A program made the position numbers and the translations under genes. A DNA stretch of 63,108 bases, filler included, from Pseudomonadota bacterium (GTDB lineage: Bacteria; Bdellovibrionota_F; JAHFAK01; JBDREC01): the NCBI GenBank assembly GCA_043820105.1. It is 9 parts of 9 records of this genome, joined end to end, with 100 filler letters (N's around TTAATTAATTAA, not from the genome) between each part and the next. Parts side by side here need not be neighbours in the genome. Positions count along the whole stretch, not along the records: positions 36,327 to 60,553 come from JBDREC010000077.1; positions 60,654 to 63,108 come from JBDREC010000091.1; 7 more parts are not named here. One strand, written 5' to 3'. The notes beneath the pieces were generated by a model. The model worked only from the letters and a program-made list of their open reading frames with translations, did not search any database and was not told where the DNA came from. Every line of letters begins with the position of its first letter. Position 1 is the stretch's first letter. Below, one piece after another: positions 60,316 through 63,108 of the stretch.

Positions 60316-60350
60316 TTAGCTGTAAGCACTAAGCTATAAGCTGTAAGTTT
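60316..60350. repeat. Heptamer array (TAAGCTR)-like x5
   Basis: ttagctg taagcac taagcta taagctg taagttt in the cytochrome c3 leader. Confidence 0.7.
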
Positions 60351-60459
60351 ATTTAATAAAAATAGTAATAACTTAATGAATGATATATAATTTATTATCT
60401 ATTTTTTTGTCAACGAATTTAAAATAATTCTTGCTTTTTTTTTCTTTTATCTTAATTTT

Positions 60460-60546
60460 CACTTACCACTTACCACTTACCACTTACCACTTACCACTTA
60501 CCACTTACCACTTACCACTTACCACTTACCACTTACCACTTACCAC
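60460..60546. repeat. Perfect heptamer tandem repeat (CACTTAC) x12.4, length truncated by contig end
   Basis: Direct reading; followed by AGATCGG (Illumina adapter start) at 60547-60553. Confidence 0.95.
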
Positions 60547-60653
60547 AGATCGGNNNNNNNNNNNNNNNNNNNNNNNNNNNNNNNNNNNNNNNNNNNNTTA
60601 ATTAATTAANNNNNNNNNNNNNNNNNNNNNNNNNNNNNNNNNNNNNNNNNNNN

Positions 60654-61741
60654 GCCCATTCATTATTTTCATCAACAGCTCCTACTGTGATAGCATCTTT
60701 AAAATCTCCTGGTTTAGTTACACCCCTGAAATTACCGCAATTAGTAGTGGGACATTCTTCTCCGCAATTGCCAGAAGAAATAACAACAATAACGCCTGCA
60801 TCAATAGCATCTTTTAGTGCTAAATTCAAAGGTCCATCAGGATCATCATAAGGGCCTCCTAAACTCATAGATATTATATCAGCATTATTTTCAACTGCCC
60901 AGTTTATACCTTTGATTATAGTAGATGTTGTTCCTGAACCAGTATCAGTTAAAACTTTGGCATTCAATAATAAAGCAGCAGGAGCAACACCTTTGTACAA
61001 ACCATTGCCGGCTATGATCCCAGCTATGTGAGTTCCATGTCCCTGCTTGTCAATAGTATGATTTTCACCAGTAAATACTTCTGCAGCAATAACTTTTCCA
61101 GCAAGCATCTCATTATTATCATCAATGCCTGTATCAAGCACAGCTATCTTAATTCCGGTACCATTATACCCAAGCTGCCATGCAAAAGGAACATTAATTT
61201 GTGGAACAGCTGTATCAAGCAGCATGTTATATTCCCTGTCATCCCACACCCTTTCAACATTTGTGTTATCAGCAAGCATATCTATTTGATTTACAGGCAT
61301 ATCTGCAATTATAGTATTTCCCAGCTGCTCATCAACAGTACCACCAGCACTTTCAACAATATTAAAAATTTGAGCTAGATTTTCATCCTTAACTTCAATT
61401 ATAACTTTAACCTTATCTCTTGACTTTTTAATTTTTTTTCTCAATTCTTTGTCTACTTTATCATCTTGAAAAGTATCTAAATTAGATTCCAGACTTATTT
61501 GTTTTGGTAACCCTTGATTACTATCAGTTTTTGTTTCATCCTTTGAATAGTCTTTAACTATCAGATAAGGCATATTATTCAGATTGATTTTCTGGCCAGC
61601 ATCCAACATACTTACACTAGAATAAGGAATACCCCCATCAAAATAATTCGTAAATAAGATTAGATTAATAATGATAAAAATAATACTAATAAAGATTGCA
61701 AGTTCAAGAATGATTAAATTGTTTATAGTCCTTTTTTTCAT
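60654..61741 (-). CDS. S8 subtilisin-like serine protease (3' partial)
   Basis: IAVLDTGID, GHGTHIAGII, SMSLGG, SSGN; N-terminal TM and prodomain. Confidence 0.95.
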
Positions 61742-62183
61742 TTAAACCCCAACCAACAATATTTAAGACTATATTTTTCTGTAAGAATGACTTGTGAAAC
61801 ACCAAGAAAACAAAATGATATAAAATCAATTAGAACCCAATATATTTTTTCTGTATGATTTGAGTTGTTTTTCATTAAGGTCCCCTGCCTTATTCTGATG
61901 GATTATAACCCTCAGTAAACCTCATAATCATGAAAACCAATTAAGTACTAAACCATTATTGAACTTCACCTCTCAATTTATTGATATTGAATTTTAAATC
62001 ATATTAAAATTCTTGACTTGTGACAAGGTAATCCACATTAGTATTTAAATGTTTTGTTATTACTTAAATAACTATCCATAATTTGCATGATAATTGCAAA
62101 AATGATGCACTTTTTATTATATAAATGACTCAATTAAGCGATTTTAGAAAGTTTTTTATATTAAAACGTATTTCCTACAGTAT

Positions 62184-62684
62184 GTGAAAGAGAAAATAAA
62201 GAATTCTAAGCCAAAAAACATTAGCGCTTTAGATATAGGAATTATAAAAGAGTTGTACAATGATTCAAGACAAAGCAATAAACAGATTGCCAAAAAATTG
62301 AAATCAAATCAGTCTAAAATCAATAGAAGGATTAGCTGGCTTTTAAAACAAGGTTACATTAAAAGATTTACAATTAAGCCAGATTTTTGGAAATTAGGAA
62401 AAAGTGTATTTGCAGTCATTTATGTAAAACTATCTGTTGAGGCGCTTAACAGGAATAACTTAGTCTTTGAGGATATTGCTCTCAAGCTTAAGAAACATCC
62501 CAATGTATTCCATTCATTGGTAATTAGCGGTGAGTGGGATATCTTGTTAATCGTGAGAACAAATAGTATGGATGAACTACATAGTTTTACTAATGAAGTT
62601 ATAAGAAAAGAAAAATATGTCATGAATACTTTAACATCTTTTTCATTTAAGGAAATAGAAGAATACGATAACCCTTTTGGTTAA
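62184..62684 (+). CDS. Lrp/AsnC-family transcriptional regulator
   Basis: LDIGIIKELYNDSRQSNKQIAKKL HTH; ISGEWDILL RAM domain. Confidence 0.93.
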   Translation: MKEKIKNSKPKNISALDIGIIKELYNDSRQSNKQIAKKLKSNQSKINRRISWLLKQGYIKRFTIKPDFWKLGKSVFAVIYVKLSVEALNRNNLVFEDIALKLKKHPNVFHSLVISGEWDILLIVRTNSMDELHSFTNEVIRKEKYVMNTLTSFSFKEIEEYDNPFG

Positions 62685-62690
62685 TTATCA

Positions 62691-63108
62691 TTACTTTTTC
62701 CCAATAAGCCTGGTAACTAAGAATACAGCTCCGCCAATTATAATTATATTTAATATAATTACTGCAATCCAGAATATAGGCCTTTGTGTTAAAGAAACTT
62801 CAGTTGTTGCAAGCCCTTTTAAAACAGGAACTTCTCCAGTTTCAGTTGTTTTATTTTCTATTTCTTTGATAACAACAGGTGTTATTTCATCTGTTTTTTT
62901 CTCTTCTACGGTTTCTTTAACATCACCGCAAGCTTCAACAACTAAGTTAACTGTTTTTGTTTCCCATAAAATTTCTTCTTGCAAGTATGACTTCACAGTT
63001 ATTGGATAGGTTGCTGCTTTTATATTTTTATCAATAGTTATAACAAGATTTTTTGTAAATTCGTTGTCAAAATCAAAAGGATCCTCCTGAAGGTTTATAC
63101 TCTTTTGC
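62691..63108 (-). CDS. C-terminus of a membrane-anchored surface (S-layer-like) protein, 5' partial
   Basis: Frame open to window end; TYPITVKSY...NLVVEAC, Glu/Thr linker, C-terminal TM with KK. Confidence 0.65.
   Translation of the reverse strand, partial: QKSINLQEDPFDFDNEFTKNLVITIDKNIKAATYPITVKSYLQEEILWETKTVNLVVEACGDVKETVEEKKTDEITPVVIKEIENKTTETGEVPVLKGLATTEVSLTQRPIFWIAVIILNIIIIGGAVFLVTRLIGKK

Noticed and set aside
60460-60553. (CACTTAC)n as a telomere or linear replicon end
   Set aside because: Followed by AGATCGG, the Illumina adapter start, so the end is an assembly stop in a repeat; neighbouring genes are ordinary chromosomal genes
61738-61875. 45-aa ORF overlapping the subtilase start
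   Set aside because: Plausible ATGA coupling but no recognisable motif; insufficient support
1-63108. CRISPR array, cas genes, retron or DGR
   Set aside because: No regularly spaced repeat-spacer array and no Cas or reverse-transcriptase motifs seen; the four-helix-bundle protein has no RT neighbour, so it is not called Avd

Overview
The window is not one locus. It is nine contigs joined by 100-nt N/TTAATTAATTAA linkers, and adjacency across linkers has no meaning. Contigs 1, 3, 6, 7 and 8 look like a low-GC deltaproteobacterium-type genome (sigma54 promoters, IHF sites, tetraheme cytochrome c3, PilZ, asd/truA/ribD/tsaD/pal/proC). Contigs 2, 4 and 9 look archaeal (DPANN-like), and contig 5 carries two B12-radical SAM genes. 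The main signals are in the mobile DNA. (i) Contig 6 is a 5.5-kb cargo bracketed by the start and the end of a RAYT/Y1 HUH transposase gene, with 33-bp terminal inverted repeats that appear to truncate the flanking genes, so a RAYT seems to behave like an IS or composite transposon. (ii) Contig 1 has two paralogous Zn-protein/xis/integrase modules facing each other in mirror image across one, possibly hybrid, tRNA-Arg(CCT). (iii) Contig 7 has an integrase-less island bounded by tRNA-Ala 3' halves, one boundary being a head-to-head palindrome of two tRNA halves, with identical arm-type repeats whose homologue recurs in contig 6. Also noted: a sigma54/IHF-driven candidate sRNA, a probable ATT start for ribD, scattered heptamer arrays, and an FG-GAP/OmpA/OPX fusion. 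All calls come from reading motifs by eye; no searches were run.
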